The notes: generated by a model from the letters alone, not told the origin. Positions 1-9,657 are shown, counted from the stretch's first letter. The stretch is DNA of 64,000 nucleotides from Patescibacteria group bacterium (GCA_041662625.1 JBAZSB010000001.1:310467-374466); one strand, 5' to 3'. Made by a program: numbers and translations.

Positions 1-170
1 AAACCGCAATTAAAACTGCTAAGCAGATATTAATTTTTTGAACATCAATTTTCATGGCTGGAAAAAATTTTCTGCTTGGTCTAATTCTTTGATTTGTTTT
101 TTTAGAGAGATGAAAAAATTTGGACATATTTTTGTTTTTGTTTTTATTTATTTTAAGAGTTGATTGGAAA

Positions 171-1106
171 TTAAATTTTTTCGGCTAATCTTAATTTGGC
201 ACTGCGCGCCCTCGGATTAACCGCCACTTCCTCTTCGCTTGGGACAAGCGGTTTTCTGGTAATAATCTTTAAAGTCTTTTGGTGTTTACATCCGCAGATT
301 GGCAGCTGGGGCGGACAAATACAATCGCGACTTTCCTGCTTGAAAAATCCTTTAACAATTTTATCTTCAAGCGAATGAAAACTGATTACCGCTATTCGAC
401 CACCGGTTTTAAGCCGTCCGACTGCCTGGGGTAAAACTTGTTTTAAATTTTCAATTTCCTCATTAACACTCATCCGCAAAGCTTGAAAAATTTTGGTTGC
501 GGGGTTAACTTTTGATTTTCCCCGATAATATTTTTTGTAAACTGCGGCAACAATTTCAACTAATTGGTTTGGTGAATTGATTGATTCAATCCGCCGCATC
601 TCAACTATTTTTTTGGCAATCGGCCAGGCTAAATGTTCTTCACCAAAATTTTTAAATATCTCTGATAATTCTTTTTGACTATAGGTATTTAGAATTTTTT
701 CTGCTGTTAAGTCTGTTTGCTGTCCGAATCGCATGTCGAGTCTGCCTTCGGCCAGAAAACTGAAGCCTCTCTGGTGATCCTGAAGCTGACCACTGGATAA
801 GCCAAGGTCAAGTAGGATACCATCAATTTTATCAAATTTGTATACATCGGCGATTTTGTTTAAGTTTCGAAAGTTATCTTGGACTAAAATTAGATTTTTA
901 GAATTTTTTGTTGTTTCTTTGGTGGCTTGGATTGCCAATGGATCTAAATCAATGCCTAATAATTTTCCTTGCGGGCTGATTCTTTCCAGAATTGCCGAAG
1001 CATGACCACCACCGCCCAAAGTACAATCAATGAAATTATCGCCCAACTGAGGATTAAGATAATGAAGCACTTCCTCAAGCATCACCGGCTGATGAAAAAA
1101 AGTCAT
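171..1106 (-). CDS. rsmH: 16S rRNA (cytosine1402-N4)-methyltransferase RsmH (MraW)
   Basis: 311-aa ORF with a SAM-MTase fold pattern and a GGGGHA glycine-rich motif; typical RsmH N-terminus MTFFHQPVMLEEV; directly downstream of mraZ. Confidence 0.85.
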   Translation of the reverse strand: MTFFHQPVMLEEVLHYLNPQLGDNFIDCTLGGGGHASAILERISPQGKLLGIDLDPLAIQATKETTKNSKNLILVQDNFRNLNKIADVYKFDKIDGILLDLGLSSGQLQDHQRGFSFLAEGRLDMRFGQQTDLTAEKILNTYSQKELSEIFKNFGEEHLAWPIAKKIVEMRRIESINSPNQLVEIVAAVYKKYYRGKSKVNPATKIFQALRMSVNEEIENLKQVLPQAVGRLKTGGRIAVISFHSLEDKIVKGFFKQESRDCICPPQLPICGCKHQKTLKIITRKPLVPSEEEVAVNPRARSAKLRLAEKI

Positions 1107-1124
1107 AAATTTTAAGGTAAGGAG

Positions 1125-1556
1125 TTAGACTCCTAGTTCACCCAAAGCCTCAGCAATATCACTGCTCTTGTTTTCTGTCCCCTGTTTATATTTATTCCAC
1201 TTGGTTTCATCCCAAATTTCTAAACGGTTGTATAAACCAGTAATTACTACTTTCTTTTTCATCCCGGCATACTTTCGCAGATAATCAGGAACGAGTAACC
1301 GGCCTTGTTTGTCGATTTCCACATCCATGGCACCAGCCAGCATTAGGCGGGCAAAAGCCCTGGCATTAGCCTTGGCAATAGGTAAACCTGCCAATTTTGG
1401 TGCCAGCTTACCCCATTCTTCTTTGGTATATAAAGAAAGACAGTCGTCTAAACCTTTTGTGACTACTGCCCCTTTGGTTAAAATCGCCCGAAACTTGGCG
1501 GGTACAGCCAAGCGGCCCTTTTGATCAATATTGTGTTGGTATTCACCGATAAACAT
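1125..1556 (-). CDS. mraZ: transcriptional regulator MraZ (start trimmed to the internal MFIGEY Met)
   Basis: Two MraZ/SpoVT-AbrB repeats; the canonical N-terminus MFIGEYQHNIDQKGRL lies inside the longer 1125..1625 ORF. Confidence 0.75.
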   Translation of the reverse strand: MFIGEYQHNIDQKGRLAVPAKFRAILTKGAVVTKGLDDCLSLYTKEEWGKLAPKLAGLPIAKANARAFARLMLAGAMDVEIDKQGRLLVPDYLRKYAGMKKKVVITGLYNRLEIWDETKWNKYKQGTENKSSDIAEALGELGV

Positions 1557-1621
1557 ATTTTGACTTTTGTGTCTTAATTTAGACTTTATCCACAATCGAT
1601 TTATCTTATCCCCACTTTTAT

Positions 1622-1680
1622 CCACCTTTCACCACTCTATTATCATTTTACACCACCTAAGCACCCCTGTCAACCACTTC
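1622..1680 (-). promoter_or_regulatory. mraZ promoter (-35 TTGACA at 1673-1668, 17-nt spacer, -10 TAAAAT at 1650-1645) overlapping GTGG direct repeats (MraZ-box-like)
   Basis: Minus strand reads aGTGGttgacagggGTGcttagGTGGtgtaaaatgataatagaGTGGtg; MraZ is known to bind GTGG-type direct repeats upstream of its own promoter. Confidence 0.4.
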
Positions 1681-1972
1681 ACAACTTAACAAAAAAATGA
1701 CATATTTTGCTATTTTTTAAATAAAATTTGACGATCTTGTCAATTCACAGCTGTAATATGTGGATAAATCAAAATCACCCTCCGGATTTAGAAAAAATTA
1801 AGCTAAAAATATACCTGCCATCACTTCCCTACTTCATCTTGGGATAATCAACTGCTAACTCATAATTTTTATCTAAATAAGATTGACAACACACTATAAT
1901 TCTGTTAATTGTTAATGAGAGGAAAGAAGTCATTTGGTAGGTCAACAAGGTTTACAATTGGAGGGATGCGAC

Positions 1973-3238
1973 ATGGCAACGATAGTAAAGAAATTCGGCG
2001 GATCGTCGCTGACAACAGACGAGCAGGTAATGGCTGCCGCTCGGGCAATAGTTGCGGACCACCAACAACGAACAAGCGTAGTTGTTGTGGTCTCAGCTCG
2101 AGGAAAAACAACCAACCAAATCAGGGCTCGCATCAAGGGCTGTGGTGGTGACGGTACTTCGGAACGGGTACTCGCTTTTGGCGGCTTGGCCGGAGAACGC
2201 GAATCTGCGGCCTGCATGGCGGCGGCCATCGAGTCATTAGGAGTCCAAACCTTTTTGGCTGATGGCGCCGATATCGGCCTTGTGGCTACGGGTGAATTCG
2301 GCCGCGGCCAAGCCAAAACCGTCAGGAAGCCGGAAATCATCATCAAGGCATTGGAGGAAGGCAAGATTGTCGTTCTGGCGGGTTACACGGGTGTAACTAC
2401 AGACGGACGGACGATCGACTTAGGCCGCAGCGGAACTGATACCTTTGCTGTCGTTGTGGCAGCTGCCATCGGAGCAAAGGTTTGTCAGATCTACACTGAT
2501 GTGCCCGGATTCTTTGCGGTTGATCCCCGTCATGTTCCGGGTGCAAAACTGCTGCACCAAATCACTTTCCGGCAAGCACTGAAGTGGGCCAGCGCTGGCA
2601 TCGAAGTAGTCAAGAAGGAATCCTTGGCAGTCGCCGATGGACTTGGTATGCCAATCCAAGTTCTGCTCAGTCCAAGCTTTGACAGCCAACCGTGGCTCGA
2701 ACGCAGTCTTGATGTCCAAGCTGGAACTTGGATCTCGAAAGGGGCGACTTTGGAAGATATGCAGGGTGGTGACCTTGATCAAACGATCTTGGCAATTATC
2801 ACTGACCTCACCATCTTCAACCTCACTGATGTGCCCAATGAGCCAGGCTGGTCAGCCAAGATATTCGGCCTCTGCCGTGACCACAAAATCGTTGTGTTGG
2901 ACATCGCCCAAGGTTTGGCACCCAAGGGCAAAAAGGCGGCCATAACCTTTTGGGTCAAGGCAGAAACTGGCGATCAAACTGAACGAATTTTGAAAGAAGC
3001 CTCTTTGGGCTCAATCAAGATCGAAAGGCGCGACGACATTGGCTGCTTGAGAATTATCGATCCGAGGATGGAGAGAGAAAGCGGTTGGCTTGCCCGAATC
3101 GACGATACCCTAGCCGCCGCCAAGGTCAACATTGAAATCCACCCAACAGCCGGGGACGTCATCCTTTTGCTCATTGCTAAGGACAAGGTTGACGCGGCCG
3201 CTCAAGCGATCGCCAAAGAATTCGGCCTCTGCGCGTAG
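1973..3238 (+). CDS. aspartate kinase (aspartokinase, LysC-like), GC-rich foreign-looking gene
   Basis: KKFGGSSL, VVVVSARG, GRSGTDTFAVV, CQIYTDVPGFFAVDPRHVPGAKLL and ITFRQAL match aspartokinase signature blocks; ACT-like C-terminus; GGAGGG Shine-Dalgarno 7 nt before the ATG; visibly GC-rich relative to flanks. Confidence 0.7.
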   Translation: MATIVKKFGGSSLTTDEQVMAAARAIVADHQQRTSVVVVVSARGKTTNQIRARIKGCGGDGTSERVLAFGGLAGERESAACMAAAIESLGVQTFLADGADIGLVATGEFGRGQAKTVRKPEIIIKALEEGKIVVLAGYTGVTTDGRTIDLGRSGTDTFAVVVAAAIGAKVCQIYTDVPGFFAVDPRHVPGAKLLHQITFRQALKWASAGIEVVKKESLAVADGLGMPIQVLLSPSFDSQPWLERSLDVQAGTWISKGATLEDMQGGDLDQTILAIITDLTIFNLTDVPNEPGWSAKIFGLCRDHKIVVLDIAQGLAPKGKKAAITFWVKAETGDQTERILKEASLGSIKIERRDDIGCLRIIDPRMERESGWLARIDDTLAAAKVNIEIHPTAGDVILLLIAKDKVDAAAQAIAKEFGLCA

Positions 3239-3329
3239 CAAGGAGGAATCCGGAGGGATTGGAGGAATTACAACAAGGGTCCTGCGTGGTCAACGCAAGA
3301 CTCTTTTTTTGAATGATTACTCTAAAATA

Positions 3330-3713
3330 TTAAATGAGACCTAACTTTTCTTTAATTTTTTTCACTAAATCATTTAAATCAGTATTGGCTTTGACTAAAT
3401 AATCATATTTCCCGATTGCTGAAGCCTGTTCAAAAGAACCCTGGTCAGCTAAATTGCTTAGAATAATCACCGGCAAATCTTGGGTCTCTGGATGAGTGGC
3501 AATTTCATTCAGGATAGTCAGCCCGTCAATATCAGGCAACAGAATATCTAGCAAAGCCAAATCAGGCTTATTTGTTTTTAAATAATTTAAAGCCTCCTGA
3601 CCCGTTTCTACTGCTTTAACTTTAAAGCCTACGTCAGTGAGTTTTTTATTCATTAAGTATAATAGATCCCTGTCATCTTCAACCAGTAAAATTGTTTTTG
3701 GCTCAACAGACAT
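3330..3713 (-). CDS. single-domain response regulator (CheY-like receiver)
   Basis: ILLVEDD...DLALLDILLPDIDG...K receiver motifs; 127 aa with no output domain. Confidence 0.7.
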   Translation of the reverse strand: MSVEPKTILLVEDDRDLLYLMNKKLTDVGFKVKAVETGQEALNYLKTNKPDLALLDILLPDIDGLTILNEIATHPETQDLPVIILSNLADQGSFEQASAIGKYDYLVKANTDLNDLVKKIKEKLGLI

Positions 3714-3725
3714 GGTAATTATAAG

Positions 3726-4139
3726 CTATTTAGAATGGCGCTTAGTGATATTTGGCTCTTTATCGTAAAATGGTTCAATAATTTTTCCGACTGATGCCTT
3801 TTTTATTTTTTTTTCAATTACTGCCACTAGTTGGCTTAAATTATGAAATTCATTCAGTTTAATCCCAACGATAGGAATACCTAAAGCCCAAGCCAAGGTA
3901 TTAGCTGTAGTAACACCAATACGCAAAGCGGTAAATGGGCCAGGACCAGAAACTACGGCAATACCATTAATAGCTTGTAGCTGGTAGCTTTTAGCTTTTA
4001 GGAGGTTGCCAATGGCTGATAATAGCTTTTCCGCTTGTTGGTATGGTGCCAAAAATTCTTTCTTCGCTATCAATTTGCCTGACTTGATTAAACCAACAAA
4101 GACTTGTTTTTGGTCAGCGGTATGAATAACTAAAATCAT
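3726..4139 (-). CDS. tRNA threonylcarbamoyladenosine biosynthesis protein TsaB-like (short form)
   Basis: N-terminal YeaZ/TsaB pattern ...VVSGPGPFTALRIGVTTANTLAWALGIPIVGI; only 137 aa. Confidence 0.5.
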   Translation of the reverse strand: MILVIHTADQKQVFVGLIKSGKLIAKKEFLAPYQQAEKLLSAIGNLLKAKSYQLQAINGIAVVSGPGPFTALRIGVTTANTLAWALGIPIVGIKLNEFHNLSQLVAVIEKKIKKASVGKIIEPFYDKEPNITKRHSK

Positions 4140-4148
4140 AAACCTAAA

Positions 4149-4949
4149 TTAAAGATATTTTTTAAACCACTCAACTACAATCGGATTAATCTTCTTTTGA
4201 AATTTATTTCCCGGGTCATTTTTGCCTCGCCAGGTATGAGGCGCTCCTTTGATAATAACTAATTTTTTTGTTGACTTTAATAATTTATAAGCCAAGTAAG
4301 GATGGCTTAAAGCAACTGATTCATCTTTTGAACCATGGATAATCAAAATCGGGATTTTTATCTTTTTAATCCTTTCCGGTGTATTGTACTTTAACAACTC
4401 AAAATAATAGCCTACTTTTATTCTATATTTCTTACCCGTTCTTTTACTATATACGAAGAAATACCCTGTCTTTTTTGCTTCAGCCAATTGCTCTTTAGTA
4501 TTCTTTTCCAAATTGGTTTTCCCTGCTCCTCTAAAAACTACGCCGGCCAGATCAGCTAATACCGTTATCCTTTTGTCGATGGGCGCATAATGTAAAATTA
4601 ATTGCCCGCCTAGACTATGGCCAGCTAAACCAATCCTTTTTTTATCAACTAACTTATTATGAGATAGATAATCAACTGCCGTTTTTAAGTCACGCAAATA
4701 TTGGCTAAACATTATATCTTCTAATTTGCCGTAACTTTGCCCGGCGCCATTGCCAAAATCAAAGCGAAAAGCCAAAATTCCTTTTTTAGCAAGCAAGCTG
4801 GCCAAACTCTTCAGATGCATTTGCTCTTTATAACCTTTAAACCCGTGACAGATAATAACGGCTGGAAATGGCGGTTTACCTTTGGGGATATCAAAAATAC
4901 CAACTAACTTCTGCCCGACCTTACTTTTGAAAACGACTCTTTTTTGCAT
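4149..4949 (-). CDS. alpha/beta hydrolase (dienelactone hydrolase / S9-like)
   Basis: GHSLGG nucleophile elbow, later IHGSKD and His; 266 aa. Confidence 0.6.
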   Translation of the reverse strand: MQKRVVFKSKVGQKLVGIFDIPKGKPPFPAVIICHGFKGYKEQMHLKSLASLLAKKGILAFRFDFGNGAGQSYGKLEDIMFSQYLRDLKTAVDYLSHNKLVDKKRIGLAGHSLGGQLILHYAPIDKRITVLADLAGVVFRGAGKTNLEKNTKEQLAEAKKTGYFFVYSKRTGKKYRIKVGYYFELLKYNTPERIKKIKIPILIIHGSKDESVALSHPYLAYKLLKSTKKLVIIKGAPHTWRGKNDPGNKFQKKINPIVVEWFKKYL

Positions 4950-4955
4950 GATAAA

Positions 4956-5573
4956 TTAAGGATTATTGATTTTATCAACAATAGTAATTTTTCTGCCTTC
5001 CAAAATATCATACAAAAATCGATCCGTAATATCTTGACGATATTTAAACTCTTGTTGAGTCATCACCGTATAATTAATACTGTGGCCCCATTCTTTTTCA
5101 AAATCATGAACAATTTTATTTAATCTTTTCCGATTGATGGTGCCAACCAATAAAATATCAGTGGCAAAGCCATCCACCCCGACAAAAACTCCGGTCAAAA
5201 TAAAAAGCTTAACTTTAGCCATAACTTCAATTTTGCCGACAAAACTTCTTTCCAAGAGCAATTGGGCTTTTAGCAGCAGGGCTTTCAATTCAGGATAGAG
5301 AATAAAATCAGTGTTGGCCAAAAAATACTTTTTAGTGCCTTTAATTTTTTCTTTTTTCTTTTTCTGCTTATTTTTTCCCGTCTCTGAGTCAACCAATTGG
5401 ACTGTTTTCACGATGCCAATTTTTTCCAAATTATTAATTTCTCGTCTAACTGAGTTAAGCTGCGTTTTTAATTTCCTGGCTAATTCTCTCAAGTAGTAAG
5501 GTTGACTTGGATTATTCAAAAAAAGCCGCAAAAGGTTGACTCTGGTGGTTGAACCAAATAGTTGTTCAAGCAT
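4956..5573 (-). CDS. winged-helix DNA-binding protein, hypothetical (Lys-rich insert)
   Basis: N-terminal HTH-like LRELARKLKTQLNSVRREINNLEKIGIVK; low-complexity KNKQKKKKEKIKGTKK insert. Confidence 0.35.
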   Translation of the reverse strand: MLEQLFGSTTRVNLLRLFLNNPSQPYYLRELARKLKTQLNSVRREINNLEKIGIVKTVQLVDSETGKNKQKKKKEKIKGTKKYFLANTDFILYPELKALLLKAQLLLERSFVGKIEVMAKVKLFILTGVFVGVDGFATDILLVGTINRKRLNKIVHDFEKEWGHSINYTVMTQQEFKYRQDITDRFLYDILEGRKITIVDKINNP

Positions 5574-5654
5574 ATAAACTTAATTTAATTGGGATTTACT
5601 CTCCCGTCTCTTTATAGTATAATATAAACACTAATTCCTGACAAATGAATAGCG

Positions 5655-7946
5655 ATGGAATATTTAGAAAACAAAATTAACCAACTGATTGTCGAAAAAC
5701 CTGGTAAACAGACAAAATTCGTCCGGTCATTTGCTACCCGGCCAGTGAAACTATTGGGTGAAAAAATCGGCAAAATATTCGGGTTAATTGAAATTGAATC
5801 AAAAAATCCGAAAATACCGGAACTAATTGATTTAATTATTGAAGAAATAAAAAATAGCTATTACCGTCAAAAAGAACAAGTCTCAATAGAAAAACTACCG
5901 GATATTAGCAGTCGTTTTGAAACGGCTTTAAAAAAAACCAATTTAGCGATCACTGCCTTTTTGGAAAGTGAGCAAATCTCTTTGGACTTAAAAAAGGTCA
6001 ATATTATCATTGCTTTATCCTGCCAACAAGAACTCCATTTTACCTTAGTGGGTAATATCGGGGTAATTCTTTTTTATAATCTCTCTTTAGATAATTACCG
6101 AATAATCAATGTTTTAGAAAGTACTCATTCATTTAGTACCGAGCCCGATCCTTTAAAATTATTTTCACAGATCATCAGCGGCCGAATTAGACCTCACGAC
6201 ATTTTATTTATTACTACCGCTAACGTTTTTGATTATTTTTCTTTGGAAAGAATAAAAAATATTATTACTAAACAACCATCAATTGAAGGGGTTAATGAGC
6301 TAAAAAAACTGTTAGAAGAAATGGAAATTAAAGAAAATTTTGGTTCGCTGACCTTAGAATTAGAAAGAATTAACTTGCCAGTCAAAAGAGAAGCTGACGT
6401 TGATGATTTTGATTACCGCAAAGCTGCTTCGCAAGATTCGATTAAAGAATTAATCAGAACCGAAAAGGAAACTGAAAAACTTTTAACTCCCTCACTAATG
6501 CCAGAAATCAAAAAATATACTAGTTCCTTTAAAACTGCCTTCAATAATTACCTAGATAAAGTTAAAACAACAACTGTAACTTTTTATCAAAAAAGAAAGA
6601 TTACTCTCCCAAAAAATATTAGCCTACCACAGCAATTTAATTTAAAACCAAAAATTAAAAGCTTGAATAAAATTGGTGAAACGGCAAAAAAAGTCACTCA
6701 ACCAACAATAATTTCAACCCAAAAAATCTTCACTAATATTGCTAATCAACCAATTTGGAAAAAACTACTCCAAATTAGCCAAAGACTACTTGGTAATTTA
6801 TGGCTAAGGTTTAAAAAATTGCCTCGCTCAAGCCGGATTCTGCTGGTAGTCACAATTATTTTAGTAATTTTATTTTCCCAAAGTCTGATTTGGCTGGGAA
6901 TTAAAAATCGACGAGAACAAAAAGTTGAACAGTTCAACCAAACTATTGTTAATGTCGAAACCAAAAAAAATAATGCTGAATCGAGTTTAATTTATCGGGA
7001 TGAAAATCAGGCCCGGCAATTGTTAATCGAAGCAAAAAATCTGCTTAATGGTCTGGAGCCGTCAAGTAAGGCACAAAAAGAACAAATTACGCTTCTACTG
7101 GGCGGTATTGAGGAACAACTCCAAAAGCTGCGCCATTTGGTTGAAATTACTGATCCAATTCAAGTTGTTAATTTTCAAAATTTGGACAGCCAGGCTAAAA
7201 TTGCCCCTATACTTTTGGCCAGCCAAAAAAGTGTCTACACCCAAAATTATAATAATCAATCAATCTATAAAGCTAATTTGGATACTAGAGTTTTGGCGGC
7301 GATTTATTCACCAACGGCAAACACTGGCAATTTAAAGCTAGGGCTAGCAATTAATAATAATGAATTACTATTCTTTAATGAGGCTGGCGTAGCTTTTCAG
7401 CTAAACCCGCTTAATGAGGCAATCCAAAAAATCCCCCTGAATATCAATAGCAATGCCAACATTATTGATGTTACCACTTTTAATAATCGGATTTATTTGC
7501 TGGATGCTAGCGCTAACCAAATCTACCGCTATACGAAAACAAATGGGAGTTATGGTAATGGTACGAGTTGGATTACTGAACAAGGCCTTGATTTAGCTAG
7601 TGCCAAAGCCCTAACCATTGATGGCTCAATTTATATTCTCAAAGCCGATGGCCAAGTCATTAAACTGGAAAACGGTAAATCGGCTGAATGGCAAAATAAA
7701 GTTATTGATCCCCCGTTTAAATCGCCAACTAAAATTAAAACCACCGAGAGCTCCAAATATCTTTACATTTTAGATCCCCCGACTAAGCGATTGGTTGTTT
7801 TGGATAAAACGGGCAATTTGATTAATCAATATACTTCAAATAGTTTTGATGATTTGAAAGATTTTATTGTGGTGGAAAATCAAAAAGAAATCTATCTCCT
7901 TAATGGCAGCTCAATTTTTGGCATTCCTACCGAGCATTTGAAGTAA
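5655..7946 (+). CDS. hypothetical membrane-anchored protein (cytoplasmic N-domain, one TM, extracytoplasmic repeat-rich C-domain)
   Basis: 763-aa ORF; hydrophobic segment ILLVVTIILVILFSQSLIWLGI near aa 390; C-terminal beta-rich repeats; no recognisable catalytic motif. Confidence 0.4.
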   Translation: MEYLENKINQLIVEKPGKQTKFVRSFATRPVKLLGEKIGKIFGLIEIESKNPKIPELIDLIIEEIKNSYYRQKEQVSIEKLPDISSRFETALKKTNLAITAFLESEQISLDLKKVNIIIALSCQQELHFTLVGNIGVILFYNLSLDNYRIINVLESTHSFSTEPDPLKLFSQIISGRIRPHDILFITTANVFDYFSLERIKNIITKQPSIEGVNELKKLLEEMEIKENFGSLTLELERINLPVKREADVDDFDYRKAASQDSIKELIRTEKETEKLLTPSLMPEIKKYTSSFKTAFNNYLDKVKTTTVTFYQKRKITLPKNISLPQQFNLKPKIKSLNKIGETAKKVTQPTIISTQKIFTNIANQPIWKKLLQISQRLLGNLWLRFKKLPRSSRILLVVTIILVILFSQSLIWLGIKNRREQKVEQFNQTIVNVETKKNNAESSLIYRDENQARQLLIEAKNLLNGLEPSSKAQKEQITLLLGGIEEQLQKLRHLVEITDPIQVVNFQNLDSQAKIAPILLASQKSVYTQNYNNQSIYKANLDTRVLAAIYSPTANTGNLKLGLAINNNELLFFNEAGVAFQLNPLNEAIQKIPLNINSNANIIDVTTFNNRIYLLDASANQIYRYTKTNGSYGNGTSWITEQGLDLASAKALTIDGSIYILKADGQVIKLENGKSAEWQNKVIDPPFKSPTKIKTTESSKYLYILDPPTKRLVVLDKTGNLINQYTSNSFDDLKDFIVVENQKEIYLLNGSSIFGIPTEHLK

Positions 7947-7953
7947 AATCAAT

Positions 7954-7998
7954 AAAAAAACAGAAGGTAAAACCTGAGTTGGACCTTCTGTTTTTTTT
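7954..7998. terminator. bidirectional intrinsic terminator between convergent genes
   Basis: aaaaaaa-CAGAAGGT-loop-ACCTTCTG-tttttttt. Confidence 0.6.
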
Positions 7999-8005
7999 AA
8001 ACTTC

Positions 8006-8428
8006 TTATTTTAAGGTAACTTTTGCACCAGCTTCTTCGAGTGTCTTTTTGATTTTTTCCGCTTCATCTTTCTTAATTCCTTCTTTAACTACCTTGGGTG
8101 CACCATCAACTAAATCTTTGGCTTCTTTTAAGCCCAATTCGATGACGCTGCGGACAGCTTTAATTACCCCGATTTTATTATCACCTGAAGCAGTCAATTC
8201 CACGGTGAACTCAGTTTTTTCTTCAACCGGAGCGGCAGAAGCAGCGGCAACTGCCATAACCGGGGCAGCAGCCGAAACGCCAAATTTATCTTCAAGGATT
8301 TTGACCAGCTCGGCCAAATCCAGAACCGACATTTTTTCAATCTCTTCAACTAAAGATTTAAATTTAGCCGGTACTTCTCCGCCAGAGGCGGATCCGCCTT
8401 GGGCGGAAACTTTTTTTTCTTCGGACAT
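8006..8428 (-). CDS. rplL: 50S ribosomal protein L7/L12
   Basis: MSEEKK...[21 protein letters not shown]...EAGAKVTLK; AAGGAG Shine-Dalgarno 9 nt upstream of the ATG at 8428. Confidence 0.9.
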   Translation of the reverse strand: MSEEKKVSAQGGSASGGEVPAKFKSLVEEIEKMSVLDLAELVKILEDKFGVSAAAPVMAVAAASAAPVEEKTEFTVELTASGDNKIGVIKAVRSVIELGLKEAKDLVDGAPKVVKEGIKKDEAEKIKKTLEEAGAKVTLK

Positions 8429-8524
8429 AATTATATTCTCCTTATATTTAGCTACGAACATTGGGCTTTGAACTTTGAACTTTATTTATTGTTCTCAGTT
8501 CTTAGTTCATGGTTCTAAGCTATA

Positions 8525-9052
8525 TTAATTATTTTTATTATCTTTAATAGCACTTAAAACGTAAACTAGATTTCTTAAATTGCCGGCCAAAACATTAATA
8601 AACCCTGAAACTGGCGCTTGAATTGACCCAACAACCTTGGCTAATAATTCATCGCGTGAAGGTAATTTAGCTAGTTCAATAATTTTTTCTTTCGCCACAA
8701 ATTTGCCTTCCAAAATTCCACCGATAGCTTGTAAAGCTTCGTGGCCTTTGCTGAAATTTTGAATAATGCGGGCCGGGGCCACTTCATCATCATAACCAAA
8801 AACAGTGGCGACTTCCTTGTCAAAACTCTTAGGATCAACCCCTTCTAAACCGGCATCCTTAAAAGCTTTTTTCATCAAGGTTTTTTTTGCCACTAAATAG
8901 CCGACGTTTTCCGCCCGGCACTTCTTTCTTAACTCTTCGACTTCTTTGACTTTGAGACCGTCAAAATTAACAAAAACTAAAGATTTAGCCTTTTTTAAAT
9001 CTTCGGTTAAAATTTTGATGATTTCTTCTTTTTGTTGTTTAGTCTTTGCCAT
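8525..9052 (-). CDS. rplJ: 50S ribosomal protein L10
   Basis: 175 aa; L10 family pattern; immediately upstream of rplL. Confidence 0.85.
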   Translation of the reverse strand: MAKTKQQKEEIIKILTEDLKKAKSLVFVNFDGLKVKEVEELRKKCRAENVGYLVAKKTLMKKAFKDAGLEGVDPKSFDKEVATVFGYDDEVAPARIIQNFSKGHEALQAIGGILEGKFVAKEKIIELAKLPSRDELLAKVVGSIQAPVSGFINVLAGNLRNLVYVLSAIKDNKNN

Positions 9053-9142
9053 AAAATATAATACTAATCTACGAATTAATGCGAATGTTACTAATAGCCA
9101 TTCGTATCATTCGCATGAATTCGCATTTATTAGCATCGCCAT

Positions 9143-9270
9143 AAAAAAACTGTGGCTAAACCACAGACTTCATAAGACTAATGTCTTAAGTTATTTACCT
9201 GCGTAGGGCTGACTTTTGTCTAATTTGAGCAATTTCTTGCCCCCACGGTCTGCGGTTTATTTAATTGGAC
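9143..9270 (-). ncRNA. rplJ (L10) leader RNA with intrinsic terminator (attenuator-type)
   Basis: Minus-strand sigma70-like promoter (TTGACA 9304-9299, 16-nt spacer, TATACT 9282-9277). A roughly 125-nt transcript follows, ending in hairpin CTGTGG-tttag-CCACAG plus TTTTTTT (9166-9143), about 90 nt before the rplJ start. L10 leaders in Firmicutes act by transcription attenuation. Confidence 0.5.
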
Positions 9271-9276
9271 TTTTTT

Positions 9277-9304
9277 AGTATAGCAAGCTACCAAAATTTG
9301 TCAA
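9277..9304 (-). promoter_or_regulatory. sigma70-like promoter for the rplJ leader / rplJL
   Basis: TTGACA-16nt-TATACT on minus strand. Confidence 0.5.
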
Positions 9305-9384
9305 GAAAAAGAGAGGACAAACGCCAGACCGGCGCACTATCCTCTCGCTGGGTACTACGTGCGAAGAATGACTGATAGGCGAGA

Positions 9385-9657
9385 TTACGCCAATGCTGCC
9401 GACAATTGAGCCGGCACCTCTGGCTTGTGATTCTCCCACCTCTGTCCTTCGACCCGAAGGCAACTGTCGACAGGAAAGTCAACAAATTCATTGCCTCCGC
9501 ATTGCGGATCTCGTGGCGGGTCGCCGGGCTCGAGGACAAAACCTCGAAATCCATTACGGCCAAGTTTTGGCAGGCCGACGATTTGGATTCTCCTCTCGCT
9601 TCCATCTTGTTGGACAACTGCCACACTTCCGAGTGTCAATTCCGCTTCCGGTACCAT
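9385..9657 (-). CDS. hypothetical 90-aa ORF inside a GC-rich 430-bp island (may not be coding)
   Basis: Perfect SD AGGAGG-8nt-ATG; Gly/Pro/Arg-rich product; region has ORFs open in several frames on both strands as expected for GC-rich DNA. Confidence 0.2.
   Translation of the reverse strand: MVPEAELTLGSVAVVQQDGSERRIQIVGLPKLGRNGFRGFVLEPGDPPRDPQCGGNEFVDFPVDSCLRVEGQRWENHKPEVPAQLSAALA

Noticed and set aside
1942-2364. Antisense and out-of-frame ORFs overlapping the GC-rich genes (for example 1942-2364 -, 2420-2782 -, 23985-24593 -, 54474-55034 -, 54578-55255 +, 54835-55185 -, 15267-15776 -)
   Set aside because: They lie entirely within well-supported genes on the other strand or frame. Long spurious ORFs are expected in GC-rich DNA. 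They have no start context of their own.
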